This document shows positions 37,503 to 46,895 of a stretch of DNA of 55,909 nucleotides, piece by piece. Both the position numbers and the translations under genes were made by a program. Each line of letters begins with the position of its first letter. Within the stretch, counting starts at the first letter, position 1. The notes below the pieces were generated by a model. That model saw only the letters and a program-made list of their open reading frames with translations. It had not been told where the DNA came from and searched no databases. This DNA is from Polyangiaceae bacterium (GTDB lineage Bacteria > Myxococcota_A > Polyangia > Polyangiales > Polyangiaceae): contig JBGANF010000044.1 of the NCBI GenBank assembly GCA_044222475.1, positions 1 to 55,909 on the forward strand, written 5' to 3'.

Positions 37503-38657
37503 GTGATGCGCCGCTCCGTATTTCCGCTGGTTTTTGCCTTCTTGCTCGCGTGCGGCGGCCACGGCGGAGGCAACGTCAAGCCGACGGGCCCCGCGGCCCT
37601 TCCGCCCGCCAACCCGGTCGCGGTCGGCAAGATGGTCCAAGGCGTCGGCGCCGCGAAGGACGGCCAGCGCGATCGCGCGGTCGCGCTCCTCAAGGAAGCG
37701 ATCTCGATCGACGCGAACCTGTGGGAGGCGCACTACGATCTCGGCGTCGTCCTCGCCAACGGCGGTGACCTCGCCGGCGCCGAGCCCGAGCTCAAGGAGG
37801 CGCACCGGCTCGCGCCCGAGATGCAGGACGTCGTCGTCGCGCTCGCCGAAGTGCAGCGCCGGCGCGGCGAGCACAAGGACGCCGCTGCGCTCCTCGGCGA
37901 GTTCGTCGACGCACACCCGCTCGCGGTCGAGGCGCGCACTCTCTTGGTCGCCGCGCTCCGCAACTCCGGCCAGGTCGGCAAGGCGATCACGCAGGCGCGC
38001 GAAGTCCTCGTGCGCCGCCCCGGTGACGCGCAGGCCCTCGCCGAGCTCGCGCTCTGTCACCTCGCCCAAGGCGAGAAGGACACGGCGCAGCTCCTCGCGA
38101 AGCAAGCGATCGACTCGAACCCGAAGAGCGCCGTCGCGCACCGCGCGATGGGCCTCGTCCACCTCGGCTACGGCGACGACGCGCTCGCGTTCCAAGAGTT
38201 CCTCCGCGCATCGCAGGAGGACCCTCGCGACACGACCGCGCGCCTCAACATGGCCACCGTTCTCCTGAAGGCCGGCGCGTACGCGAAGGCCGAAGAGCAG
38301 TTCCGCGCCATCCTCCAGGTCTCGCCCGACGACACCGAGGCGCAGCTCGGCCTCGCCGCCGCGCTCCGCGGCCTCGCCGACGCGAAGTCGCCGAACCGCC
38401 TCGAAGAGGCGAAGACCATCCTCACCAAGGTCCTCGACAGGGATCCGCACAACATCGCGGCGCTCTTCAACCTCGGCGTCCTCTACGCCGACTTCATGAA
38501 GAAGCCGGCCGATGCCGCGCCCCTCTTCAAGCGGTTCCTGTCCGACGCCCCGAACGACCACCCTGCGCGTGCCGACGCCGAGAAATACCTCTCGGCGACG
38601 TCGACTGCGTCCGACAAACCGGTCGCGCCTCCACCCCCGCCGCCCAAAGGTAAATAG
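37503..38657 (+). CDS. TPR lipoprotein, GltE(AglT)/NfsE-like
   Basis: Lipobox LLAC; continuous TPRs; ALFNLGVLY near the C-terminus; precedes GltF- and GltG-like genes. Confidence 0.75.
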   Translation: MMRRSVFPLVFAFLLACGGHGGGNVKPTGPAALPPANPVAVGKMVQGVGAAKDGQRDRAVALLKEAISIDANLWEAHYDLGVVLANGGDLAGAEPELKEAHRLAPEMQDVVVALAEVQRRRGEHKDAAALLGEFVDAHPLAVEARTLLVAALRNSGQVGKAITQAREVLVRRPGDAQALAELALCHLAQGEKDTAQLLAKQAIDSNPKSAVAHRAMGLVHLGYGDDALAFQEFLRASQEDPRDTTARLNMATVLLKAGAYAKAEEQFRAILQVSPDDTEAQLGLAAALRGLADAKSPNRLEEAKTILTKVLDRDPHNIAALFNLGVLYADFMKKPADAAPLFKRFLSDAPNDHPARADAEKYLSATSTASDKPVAPPPPPPKGK

Positions 38658-39077
38658 ATGCGCGCTCGACTCGCTCGCGCTTTGGTCGTCCTCACGGTCC
38701 CGAGCCTCTTCGTCGCGGCGATTGCCCTCGCGCAGGGAAAGCCGGCTCCGAAGGCGCCGCCTCGTACGCCACCGCGGCCCGCCGCCAAGGACGGAGGCGT
38801 GGCATCACGAGAGGCCGGCGCTGGTGCAACCACCACCGCCACCATCGCCGCACCTTTGCCCACCGCCAACCCCGACGCTGGCGTCATCGAAGCGAAGACC
38901 CTCGACGGGGGTACGCGCGTCTTCAAGTTCGGTGAGGTCGAAATCGAGGGCCGTTTGCGCAGCCCGCAGATAGTCTATTTCCTCCGCCGTGTTCGCGCGG
39001 AGTTCGCGGCCGGCGATTTGGGACATCGTTCGTTCATGGGGGAACTTTCCGATACCCGCCGTACTCCGAACTTCTGA
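38658..39077 (+). CDS. Small secreted protein, GltF(CglF)/NfsF-like
   Basis: Signal ALA-Q; F.EVEIEG.L..P...Y.L.R...F....R.F..EL. Confidence 0.7.
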   Translation: MRARLARALVVLTVPSLFVAAIALAQGKPAPKAPPRTPPRPAAKDGGVASREAGAGATTTATIAAPLPTANPDAGVIEAKTLDGGTRVFKFGEVEIEGRLRSPQIVYFLRRVRAEFAAGDLGHRSFMGELSDTRRTPNF

Positions 39078-39107
39078 GACTCACGTCACCTGAGGAGGGA
39101 TCCGTCC

Positions 39108-40517
39108 ATGGCCAAGGCACCGATCAGCCCGCATCTCGTTCGTGTCGCTGCCGTGTGGGGAACCACCGTGGTCGCCCTGAAGAACCTCGGCGACGGCGAG
39201 TCGTTCGACATGACGTCCGGGCCGGAGTCCGTCATCCCGGTGCCGGATGGCGTCGCGATGTCCGAGCTTCCGGTTCGCTCCGCACCGGGCGGCTGGGAGG
39301 TCGACGCGAAGGGCGTCGTGTCCGGCATCCTGAAGCTCCGCGGTCGTGACGAGGATCCGGTCGCCTTCGCGCAGAGCGGCGCGCCGATCCCGATCGTCCC
39401 CGGCGACTACGGGCTCCTCCAGTACGGCCAGTTCGGCATCTTCTTCCAGTTCACGACGCGCGCGCAGGCGCTCACCGGATCGTGGGGCCCCGAGCTCCTC
39501 GTCGCGCTCGCGCTGTTCTCGAGCGGCGTCATGCACGTCGGCATCCTCGGCCTGCTGCGCGCGCTGATGACGCCTCCTCCGATCGCGAAGCCGCTCGAGC
39601 TCGTCAGCCCCGAGGACTTCGCGGCGCGCTTCGGGTTGAAGCGCCTTCAAGTCGAAGAGCCGCCTCCCGTCGTCGCCGAGGGCGAGAAGTCCGGCGGCAG
39701 CGGCGTGAAGGATCCCGGCGCGCAGGACAAGAAGCCGCAAGGCGGCGGTCGCAAGGTCGCCGGGCCCGAGGGCAAGCTCGGCGTCAACGGTGACAAGGAC
39801 AAGACCGAGATCACCGGCGACATCAAGCCGGCCAAGAACTTCGGCGGCATCACCGAGGTGCTCCAAGGCGAGACCGGCGAGCAGATCAAGGCGACGCTCA
39901 ACACGATCAGCAGCGTGTCCGACGCGCTCGCGATGAACTCGCAGCAGGTCACGCTCGGCAGCGGCAGCGGCACGTCCCTGAAAGGTACGGGCGGCGGCGG
40001 CGGCGGAACCGGCGCGGGCGTCATCTTCGGATCCGGCACGATGGACACCGGCTGGGGCGCAGGCAAAGGCGGCGGCTACGGCAGCGGCACCGGCGGACCC
40101 GGTGGCCCCGGCAGCGGCGGCAACGGGCGCGGTGGCTCGGGCGGCGGCACGGGGACGGGCACCGGCACCGGCAGCGGTCCGGGCGCAGGGTTCCCGGGCG
40201 GTGGCTCGCCGGGCAACAGCCGCGGCGGTCTCACGCCGGAGCAGATTCGGCGCGTCGTCATGGCGCACACCGGAGCGCTGCGCGCCTGCTACGACAGCGA
40301 GCTCGCGCGCAACCCGAACCTCAAAGGCGGCGTGACGATGACGTGGAACATCGAGCCGGGCGGCGCCGTGACGAGCGCGTCGATCGCGAGCTCGACGATC
40401 TCGAACCCGCGCGTCGAGGGCTGCATCCAGCGTCAGGTGAAGACCTGGAAATTCCCCACGAGCGACAGCCCGACGAACGTGTCGTCGTATCCGTTCAAGT
40501 TCGGCATCGGTGGCTGA
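39108..40517 (+). CDS. GltG(PglI)/NfsG-like TonB-type inner-membrane protein with an AgmX/PglI C-terminal domain
   Basis: GAGGAGG RBS; single TM with S..H (FSSGVMH); EGKLG; Gly-rich spacer; L..EQIRRVV..LRACY..L..NP.L.G..CI..W.FP..YPF.F. Confidence 0.85.
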   Translation: MAKAPISPHLVRVAAVWGTTVVALKNLGDGESFDMTSGPESVIPVPDGVAMSELPVRSAPGGWEVDAKGVVSGILKLRGRDEDPVAFAQSGAPIPIVPGDYGLLQYGQFGIFFQFTTRAQALTGSWGPELLVALALFSSGVMHVGILGLLRALMTPPPIAKPLELVSPEDFAARFGLKRLQVEEPPPVVAEGEKSGGSGVKDPGAQDKKPQGGGRKVAGPEGKLGVNGDKDKTEITGDIKPAKNFGGITEVLQGETGEQIKATLNTISSVSDALAMNSQQVTLGSGSGTSLKGTGGGGGGTGAGVIFGSGTMDTGWGAGKGGGYGSGTGGPGGPGSGGNGRGGSGGGTGTGTGTGSGPGAGFPGGGSPGNSRGGLTPEQIRRVVMAHTGALRACYDSELARNPNLKGGVTMTWNIEPGGAVTSASIASSTISNPRVEGCIQRQVKTWKFPTSDSPTNVSSYPFKFGIGG

Positions 40518-41004
40518 AAAGAGAGCGAGCGCGCTGGCGCTCGTCCTCTTCGCCGCCTGCGCTCGAGATCCGGTCACCGTCGACGCGCCGAGCGCGGTCG
40601 CTCCGGTCGCGAGCCTCGAGCCCGACGCCGACGTCGCCGAGACCGGCGACGAAGCGACGGTCCTCGATGCCCCGGCCGACGCCGGCGCCGACGCGCGTGC
40701 GCGGTTCGTGGGCGGTCTCGGCGAAGCCGAGGTGCGGCGCGTGGTCACCTCCCGCCGCGGGCTCTTCACGGCGTGCTTCGGGATCGTGTCGCAATCCAAC
40801 CCCGACCTCCGCGGGCGGGCTCATTTCTCGTGGCTGATCGATCCCTCGGGCTCGGTGTCGCTCGCCCGACTCGACGACACGACCCTCGGCGACAGTCGCG
40901 TCGAGGGCTGCGTGCTCCGGCAGCTCCGCGCGCTCCGCTTCCCGAGCGCGCCCACCGCGACCCAAGTCATCGGGTTCCCCATGACGTTTCACACGACGGA
41001 ATAG
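40510..41004 (+). CDS. Lipoprotein consisting of an AgmX/PglI C-terminal (TonB_C-like) domain
   Basis: Lipobox FAAC; L..AEVRRVV..ACF..NPDLRG..VEGCV..LRFP..FP.TF; overlaps the previous stop. Confidence 0.75.
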   Translation: MAEKRASALALVLFAACARDPVTVDAPSAVAPVASLEPDADVAETGDEATVLDAPADAGADARARFVGGLGEAEVRRVVTSRRGLFTACFGIVSQSNPDLRGRAHFSWLIDPSGSVSLARLDDTTLGDSRVEGCVLRQLRALRFPSAPTATQVIGFPMTFHTTE

Positions 41005-41041
41005 GAAGACACTTCCCCCGCACCGCGGTACTTTCTGCGGG

Positions 41042-43357
41042 ATGAAGCGCCTCCTCGCACTCGCGCTGGTCATCGCAGCCTGCGAGCCGCCGGCCGAACC
41101 GGCGAACGCGCCACCTCGACCCACGGCGCGGCGCGGCGCGGCGAAGCAGATCGCGTCGGCTGCGCCGAGCGCCAGCGCCGCACCGGTGTTGGAGCTCGGT
41201 CCGAAGCTTCCGATCGATCACACCATCCCGCGCACGCTCGCGGCCACGCGGAACTACCGAAACGGGCGCCCGACCAAGGTGTGGGTGACGAGCGACGGAA
41301 GCGCTGCGTTCTTCCTGCGGTCCGAGCCGCGCGACCCGAACCAGGCGCTCTTCAAGCTCGACGTCACGACCGGTGAAGAGAAGAAGATCCTCGACGTCGA
41401 CCAGATCCTGCAAGGCCCCGAGAAGGTCACCCCGGAAGAGCGCGCGCGCCGCGAGCGCCTGCGGCAGACGGCGACCGGCATCACGAGCTTCGAGATCACC
41501 AAGAACGAGCTCGGGATCCTCGTGCCGATGAGCGGCCGGCTGTGGTTCTTCGATCGCATGACCGGAAAAGTGCGAGAGCTCGCGACCGGTGACGGCGTGT
41601 TCGACCCGCAGTTGTCCCCCGATGGGACGAAGGTCGGCTACGTGCGCAACAACGACGTCTTCGTGATCGACGTCGCCGAGGGCGCGCGCGAGCAGCAGGT
41701 CACGCGCGGTGGGACCGAGATCAAACCGCACGGGCTCTCCGAGTTCGTCGCTCAAGAGGAGTTCGATCGCGAGCACGGCTTCGTGTTCTCGCCCGACAGC
41801 CAGTCGATCGCGTTCGAAGAGGCCGACCAGAGCGCGGTCGAGGTCCTCGTCAACGCCGACCCGTCGACGCCCGAGCGCGATCCCGATCGCGCGTTCTATC
41901 CCCGCGCGGGCAAGAAGAACGCCGACGTGCGGTTCGGCATCGTCTCGGTGCGCGGCGGCGCGCCGACGTGGGTCCAGTGGGACCGCGCGAAGTTCCCGTA
42001 CGTGGCGACGCTCACGTGGCAGGAGAACGCGCCCCTCGCGCTGTACGTGCTCGACCGCGCGCAGCAGAGCGCTCAGCTCTTGGCCGCCGATCGGACGACC
42101 GGCGCGACGCGAGTGCTCGTCAGCGAGCGCGACGACTCGTGGATCAACGTCGACACGAGCGTGCCGCGCTTCATGCCGGACGGGAAGAGCTTCCTCTGGT
42201 CGACCGAGCGCGACGGATCCTGGGCGCTCGAGCTTCGCGGCGAGTTCCTTCCGCGGACCCTCCTGGCCGCCGGCAAGGGCTACCGTCGCGTCGCGGATCT
42301 CGATGGCGGGCGCGGCGTCGTGCGCGTCGAGGCCAGCCCCGATCCGACGCAGCGCGCCCTCGTGACGCTCGACCTGACGAGCGGCACCGAGAAGAGTCGC
42401 CTCGGCGACGGCGGCTGGACCGAGGCGACCTTCGGGCGCTCGCACGACACCTTCTTCGCCTACATCGGCACCCTCGAGGGGTGGCCGCGCTACGAGATCG
42501 TCTCGCCGACGACGCGTCGGCTCGTCGGCAACAAGGGCGAAGCTCCGGCGGCGCTGCCCTCGGTCGAGATCCGGAACGTCGGTCCCGAGGCGACGCGAGT
42601 GGCGCTGGTGTTTCCGCAGGACCGAGCGACCCGCAAGAAGATGCCCATCGTGGACGCGGCGTACGGCGGTCCAGGGGTCAACGTGGTCAAGCGCGACCTC
42701 TTCAACTACGTGAGGGCGCAATACGTCGCCGATGCGCTCGGGGCGGTGGTCGTCGCGATCGACGCGAAGGGTACGCCGGGTCGCGACCGCGCGTGGGAGC
42801 GCGCGATCCGGGGCAATTTCATGGTCCCCATCGACGGTCACATCGCGGCGATACGCGCCGTGGCGATGGACCTCATCGAGCTCGAGCTCGGTCGCATCGG
42901 CGTCTACGGGTGGTCGTTCGGAGGGTACTTCGCGGTGGCGGCGCTCCTCAGCCACCCGGACTTCTTCAAGGTCGGCGTGGCCGGCGCCCCCGCTGCGGAC
43001 TGGCGGGACTACGACACCGCGTACACCGAGCGGTACCTCGGCATGCCCGACACGGACAAGGCGGCCTACGACAAGTCGTCGCTGCTGACCCTCGCCGCAG
43101 CGGACATCGCGCTCCCGCGGCCGCTTCTGCTGCTGCACGGTACCGCCGACGACAACGTCTACTTCCGTCACACCCTCCGGCTGGCGGAGGCGCTCGCCCG
43201 CGGCGGGAAGCCGTTCGAGTTGGTGCCGTTCCTCGGCGAATCGCACTCCATGCGGGCTCCGATCGCGGTCGAAACCCAGTGGGTGAAGACGGTCGAGTTC
43301 CTTCGGGACGCTCTGACGTCGTCGCAAGCGACGACCCAGTACCCCCACTACCTCTAG
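41042..43357 (+). CDS. S9 family dipeptidyl peptidase IV-like lipoprotein
   Basis: AQEEFDR, YPRAG, YGGP, GWSFGGY, YDTAYTERYLG, HGTADDNV, catalytic His. Confidence 0.93.
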   Translation: MKRLLALALVIAACEPPAEPANAPPRPTARRGAAKQIASAAPSASAAPVLELGPKLPIDHTIPRTLAATRNYRNGRPTKVWVTSDGSAAFFLRSEPRDPNQALFKLDVTTGEEKKILDVDQILQGPEKVTPEERARRERLRQTATGITSFEITKNELGILVPMSGRLWFFDRMTGKVRELATGDGVFDPQLSPDGTKVGYVRNNDVFVIDVAEGAREQQVTRGGTEIKPHGLSEFVAQEEFDREHGFVFSPDSQSIAFEEADQSAVEVLVNADPSTPERDPDRAFYPRAGKKNADVRFGIVSVRGGAPTWVQWDRAKFPYVATLTWQENAPLALYVLDRAQQSAQLLAADRTTGATRVLVSERDDSWINVDTSVPRFMPDGKSFLWSTERDGSWALELRGEFLPRTLLAAGKGYRRVADLDGGRGVVRVEASPDPTQRALVTLDLTSGTEKSRLGDGGWTEATFGRSHDTFFAYIGTLEGWPRYEIVSPTTRRLVGNKGEAPAALPSVEIRNVGPEATRVALVFPQDRATRKKMPIVDAAYGGPGVNVVKRDLFNYVRAQYVADALGAVVVAIDAKGTPGRDRAWERAIRGNFMVPIDGHIAAIRAVAMDLIELELGRIGVYGWSFGGYFAVAALLSHPDFFKVGVAGAPAADWRDYDTAYTERYLGMPDTDKAAYDKSSLLTLAAADIALPRPLLLLHGTADDNVYFRHTLRLAEALARGGKPFELVPFLGESHSMRAPIAVETQWVKTVEFLRDALTSSQATTQYPHYL

Positions 43358-43398
43358 AGAACTTGGCCCGTGCTCGGGGGCTCTGGTACCGCCGGAGC

Positions 43399-44193
43399 AT
43401 GGACGATGACGACCAGGAGCGCTCTTTTCGCCCGATGCTTCGCCCAGGAGCACGATTCGGACGCGAAGCGAGCAAGCGGCCGATCCTCATGTTCGAGGAC
43501 GTCTACAAGTCGTACCGTCCGGGCAAGCCGGTTCTGCGTGGGGTGAACCTCGTCATCGAGCGAGGGGAGTTCGTCTTCTTCACCGGGCCGAGCGGCTCGG
43601 GAAAGTCCACGTTTCTGAGGCTGCTCTACCGCGCCGAGACCGTCGACGACGGTCGGATCCTCTTCATGGGTCGCGACATCGCGCGCCTCACCGCCGACTC
43701 GGTGCCGTTCCTGCGGCGCAACCTCGGCGTCGTGTTCCAGGATTTCAAGCTCGTCGCGAGCTGGTCGGTCTACGAGAACGTCGCCATCACGCTCGAAGTG
43801 CTGGGGTTGCCGCCGCGCCTCGTGAAGAGCCGCGTCGGTGAGGCGCTCGAGCGGGTCGGCTTGGCGGGACGGGGCAACGACCCGGCCGGCGTGCTGTCGG
43901 GTGGCGAGCAGCAGCGCGTGGCGATCGCGCGGGCGATCGTCGGCGAGCCGGCGCTTCTCTTGGCGGACGAGCCGACGGGGAACCTCGACCCGCAGCTCGC
44001 GATCGACATCCTCGGCCTCTTCGAGGACATCCACGAAAGCGGGACGACGGTCCTCTTCGCGACTCACGATCGGACGCTGCTCGAACAGCGGCCGCGCCGA
44101 GTCGTCGTCCTCGACGAAGGCAAGGCGCTCGACGTACGCGCCGGCATCGCGACTCCCGAGCACTCCGACTTCGACAACGAGCTCCCGCTCTAG
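43399..44193 (+). CDS. ftsE: Cell division ATP-binding protein FtsE
   Basis: GPSGSGKST, VPFLRR.LGVVFQDFKL, LSGGEQQRVAIARA, LADEPTGNLD, ATHD. Confidence 0.92.
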   Translation: MDDDDQERSFRPMLRPGARFGREASKRPILMFEDVYKSYRPGKPVLRGVNLVIERGEFVFFTGPSGSGKSTFLRLLYRAETVDDGRILFMGRDIARLTADSVPFLRRNLGVVFQDFKLVASWSVYENVAITLEVLGLPPRLVKSRVGEALERVGLAGRGNDPAGVLSGGEQQRVAIARAIVGEPALLLADEPTGNLDPQLAIDILGLFEDIHESGTTVLFATHDRTLLEQRPRRVVVLDEGKALDVRAGIATPEHSDFDNELPL

Positions 44194-44204
44194 CAGGTGC
44201 CCAG

Positions 44205-45089
44205 ATGATCTTCCAAAGCGCGACCACCCAACGGGCCAAACGCGGGATGCTTCGCGAGTGGCGCCTGCATGCCTTGAGCATCTTCTCGCTGTCCGTCGCC
44301 TTCGTGTGTTTGGCGGCGGCGCTGCTCGTCGTGACGAACCTGCGCGCCATCGAAGGCCGGTGGGCGCACGCCGGGCGTGCGTCGATCTACCTCAAGGACG
44401 ACGCGCAACCCGCCGACGTGCAGATGCTGAAGGACACGCTGAGCAAAGTGCCCGGCGTCGTCGCCGTGCACTACATCTCGGCCGGCGAGGCGCGGACGGA
44501 CTTCGTCACGACGCAGGACCCCAAGGGTGATCTCGCGGCGCTGCCGGTGGAGGCGTTTCCGTCGTCGATCGAGCTCGAGGTGCGACCCGACCTGACGAAC
44601 TCGGAGCTCGACGACATCGTCATGAAGCTGGAGAAGCTGCCGTGCGTCGACGACGTCGAGACGTACCAGGCGTGGACCGATCGCCTCGCGCACCTCGTCC
44701 GCGGCGGCGTCGCAGCGTCGGCGGTTCTCGCGCTGGTGGTCTTCGCGTCGGTGCTCGCGGTCGTCGGCTCGACGATCCGTCTGGCGCTGCAGCGCCGCAA
44801 GTCCGAGGTCGAGGCGTTGAAGCTCGTCGGCGCGACGGACGGTTTCGTGAAGGGCCCCTACATCCTCGAGGGAAGCTTCCAGGGTGCGATGGGGGCAGCC
44901 GGAGCGATTGCGCTCCTGGCCGTCCTCTTCGTGGTGGTCCGGGGCCGACTCGATGGCGAGCTCGCGACGCTGCTCGGCGTCGAGCCTTCGTTCCTTCCGT
45001 GGCACGTGGCGCTCGGCATGGTGGTCGTCGGTGCCGTGCTCGGCGCGGGCGCGGCGGCGCTCGGCCTTCGCCGCCTGGTGACGGTATGA
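44205..45089 (+). CDS. ftsX: Cell division permease FtsX
   Basis: TM1, periplasmic domain, TIRL..RKSEV..LKLVGAT..FV..PY.LEG; follows ftsE. Confidence 0.9.
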   Translation: MIFQSATTQRAKRGMLREWRLHALSIFSLSVAFVCLAAALLVVTNLRAIEGRWAHAGRASIYLKDDAQPADVQMLKDTLSKVPGVVAVHYISAGEARTDFVTTQDPKGDLAALPVEAFPSSIELEVRPDLTNSELDDIVMKLEKLPCVDDVETYQAWTDRLAHLVRGGVAASAVLALVVFASVLAVVGSTIRLALQRRKSEVEALKLVGATDGFVKGPYILEGSFQGAMGAAGAIALLAVLFVVVRGRLDGELATLLGVEPSFLPWHVALGMVVVGAVLGAGAAALGLRRLVTV

Positions 45090-46048
45090 GGCGAGCGGCG
45101 AGCGTCACGCTGGCCCTCGTCGCGCTCGCGACGGCGAGCCACGCCGCGCTGCCGAAGGCTCCGCCTTCGCAACCCGCGCCGACGTCGGCGCAGGGCGCGC
45201 TGGCGCTCGCGGCGCTCGATCGCAAGATCGCCGATCTGGATGCGGAGGAGCAGAGCTCGAAGCGGGAGCTCGAGGATCTTGGGCCGCGGATTCACGACGC
45301 GCATGCGCAGGTGCTGGCTCGCGGTCGCGACCTCTACAAGCTCACGCGCGCCGGGATGTTGCCGGTCGGTGGTGGATTCGACTCGTTGGTGACCCACGCG
45401 ATGAAGGTCGAGCGGGCGCGCAAGTGCCTGCAGCGCGGGACCGAGTCGGAGCGGACGCTGCGCGCGCGGGGCGCCGACATCGTGCGCAATCTGGAGCGCG
45501 TGGCGCGTGACCGCGAAGCGCTCTCGAGCCAACGTAGCGCGATGGATGCGGCGCGGCTCGCGATGGATGACGAGAAGCGGCGGCAGGACGCGTTCGATCG
45601 GGCGTTTCAGGGAGCGAACGGCGAGTACGTCGCGGTCGGCGGAGGCTCGTCGTTGTCGCTGGGCGGCGGGTTCCTCGCGTCGAAGGGTCGGCTGTTGTTT
45701 CCGGTTGCCGGGCGCGGTGACGTTCGCGCCGCCAAGCGTGAAGGCGGAGACGGGCCGGGCCTCGAGATCCTGGCGACGCCGATGGCGGTCGTTCGCGCCG
45801 TGTTTGCCGGCCACGTGGCGTTCGCGGATCGCTACGGGGCGTATGGTCGAATCGTGATCATCGATCACGGTGAGCACTTCTACAGCGTCTCGGGGAACCT
45901 GGGAGCGATCGAGGTGCGCGTCGGAGACGAGCTCGCGGCGGGAGAGCGCATCGGGACCGTGGGCGACGATGGTCAGGGCCCGATGCTCTACTTCGAGATT
46001 CGTCACGGGAGCCAGACCGTGCCGCCAGGGCCCTGGTTGGGCCTCTGA
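45086..46048 (+). CDS. envC: Murein hydrolase activator EnvC-like (coiled coil plus degenerate M23 domain)
   Basis: KGRL.FPV.G, YGRIVIIDHG, LYFEIR; Zn-binding His motifs absent; ATGA overlap with ftsX. Confidence 0.85.
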   Translation: MRRAASVTLALVALATASHAALPKAPPSQPAPTSAQGALALAALDRKIADLDAEEQSSKRELEDLGPRIHDAHAQVLARGRDLYKLTRAGMLPVGGGFDSLVTHAMKVERARKCLQRGTESERTLRARGADIVRNLERVARDREALSSQRSAMDAARLAMDDEKRRQDAFDRAFQGANGEYVAVGGGSSLSLGGGFLASKGRLLFPVAGRGDVRAAKREGGDGPGLEILATPMAVVRAVFAGHVAFADRYGAYGRIVIIDHGEHFYSVSGNLGAIEVRVGDELAAGERIGTVGDDGQGPMLYFEIRHGSQTVPPGPWLGL

Positions 46049-46049
46049 G

Positions 46050-46880
46050 CTACTGCTTGCCGGCGTCGGACGGCGCGGCATCGGCGACGCCACCATCGAG
46101 CGGTGCCGCCCACCGCGGGGGCCCGGCGACGAAGAGGCTTCCTTTGACCTTCGCGAGCGCTTGCTCGCGAAGATCGCTGACGAGCCCGCTCTTCATCTCG
46201 ATGTCGACCTGCGCTTGGTTGTCGCCCGTCGCACTCAAGCTGTCCGAGCTCTCCGCGACGACCCGGGCGGCACACACGATCTCGCTCTTCGCGTTGTCCC
46301 AGACGTAGAACCGAGCACGAATCACCCCGGGCGCGAACGTGCTGTCCGAGACGACCTTCGGCGGGATCTCGTCGTCGATCACGAGCTCGAAGTCGAACGC
46401 GTTCTCCGTCTTCACCAGATCGTCGACCTGCCACTTCGACGGCGACGGATCGCGAAGCACCGACGCCAGTTGAAACCCACGGGGGCCCGGCTTCGTCCCG
46501 ACCTCGTCGGCGTACGCGATGCCGAGCCGCTCGATCGCGCAGAGCTCGTCCGGAAAGTTCGCCAGGAAATCGTCGCCGCGATCGGCCTTCCAACGCGGCA
46601 CGTCGTACCCACCCCATGCTTTCTTGGCGCCCGTGATGTCCTTCGCGTTGCCGACGCCGAACGTACCCAGCTCGACCGGACATGGGCCGAGGTCGTTCCG
46701 CCCTGCAATGGTCTCTTTGGCCGAAGCGAGGGCGGCGCGGCGCGCCGTCTCGAGCGTCGTCACCTTCGCCTTCGCGGCAGCGACGTCCGCCGCCGAGGCG
46801 ACCTCGGGCGCGGACGATCCCTTCTTGCAGTCGTCGCACGCGACGAACAGGAGCAGACCACACGCGGCCCAGCGGCGCAT
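46050..46880 (-). CDS. Lipoprotein, hypothetical
   Basis: Lipobox FVAC; GC3 bias; fills the gap. Confidence 0.7.
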   Translation of the reverse strand: MRRWAACGLLLFVACDDCKKGSSAPEVASAADVAAAKAKVTTLETARRAALASAKETIAGRNDLGPCPVELGTFGVGNAKDITGAKKAWGGYDVPRWKADRGDDFLANFPDELCAIERLGIAYADEVGTKPGPRGFQLASVLRDPSPSKWQVDDLVKTENAFDFELVIDDEIPPKVVSDSTFAPGVIRARFYVWDNAKSEIVCAARVVAESSDSLSATGDNQAQVDIEMKSGLVSDLREQALAKVKGSLFVAGPPRWAAPLDGGVADAAPSDAGKQ

Positions 46881-46895
46881 CGCCCAGGGATATCT

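Noticed and set aside
39950..40230. Repetitive GGC-rich tract
   Set aside because: Encodes the Gly-rich periplasmic spacer expected in GltG-like proteins; not a CRISPR or DNA repeat element.
41968..44193. Apparent 741-aa N-terminally extended FtsE; likewise the long versions of the exonuclease (10472), GNAT (22035), DUF1501 (25893), SDR (28089) and EnvC (44642) ORFs
   Set aside because: The extensions are off-frame read-through of neighbouring genes; the real starts are internal and mostly overlap or closely follow upstream stops.
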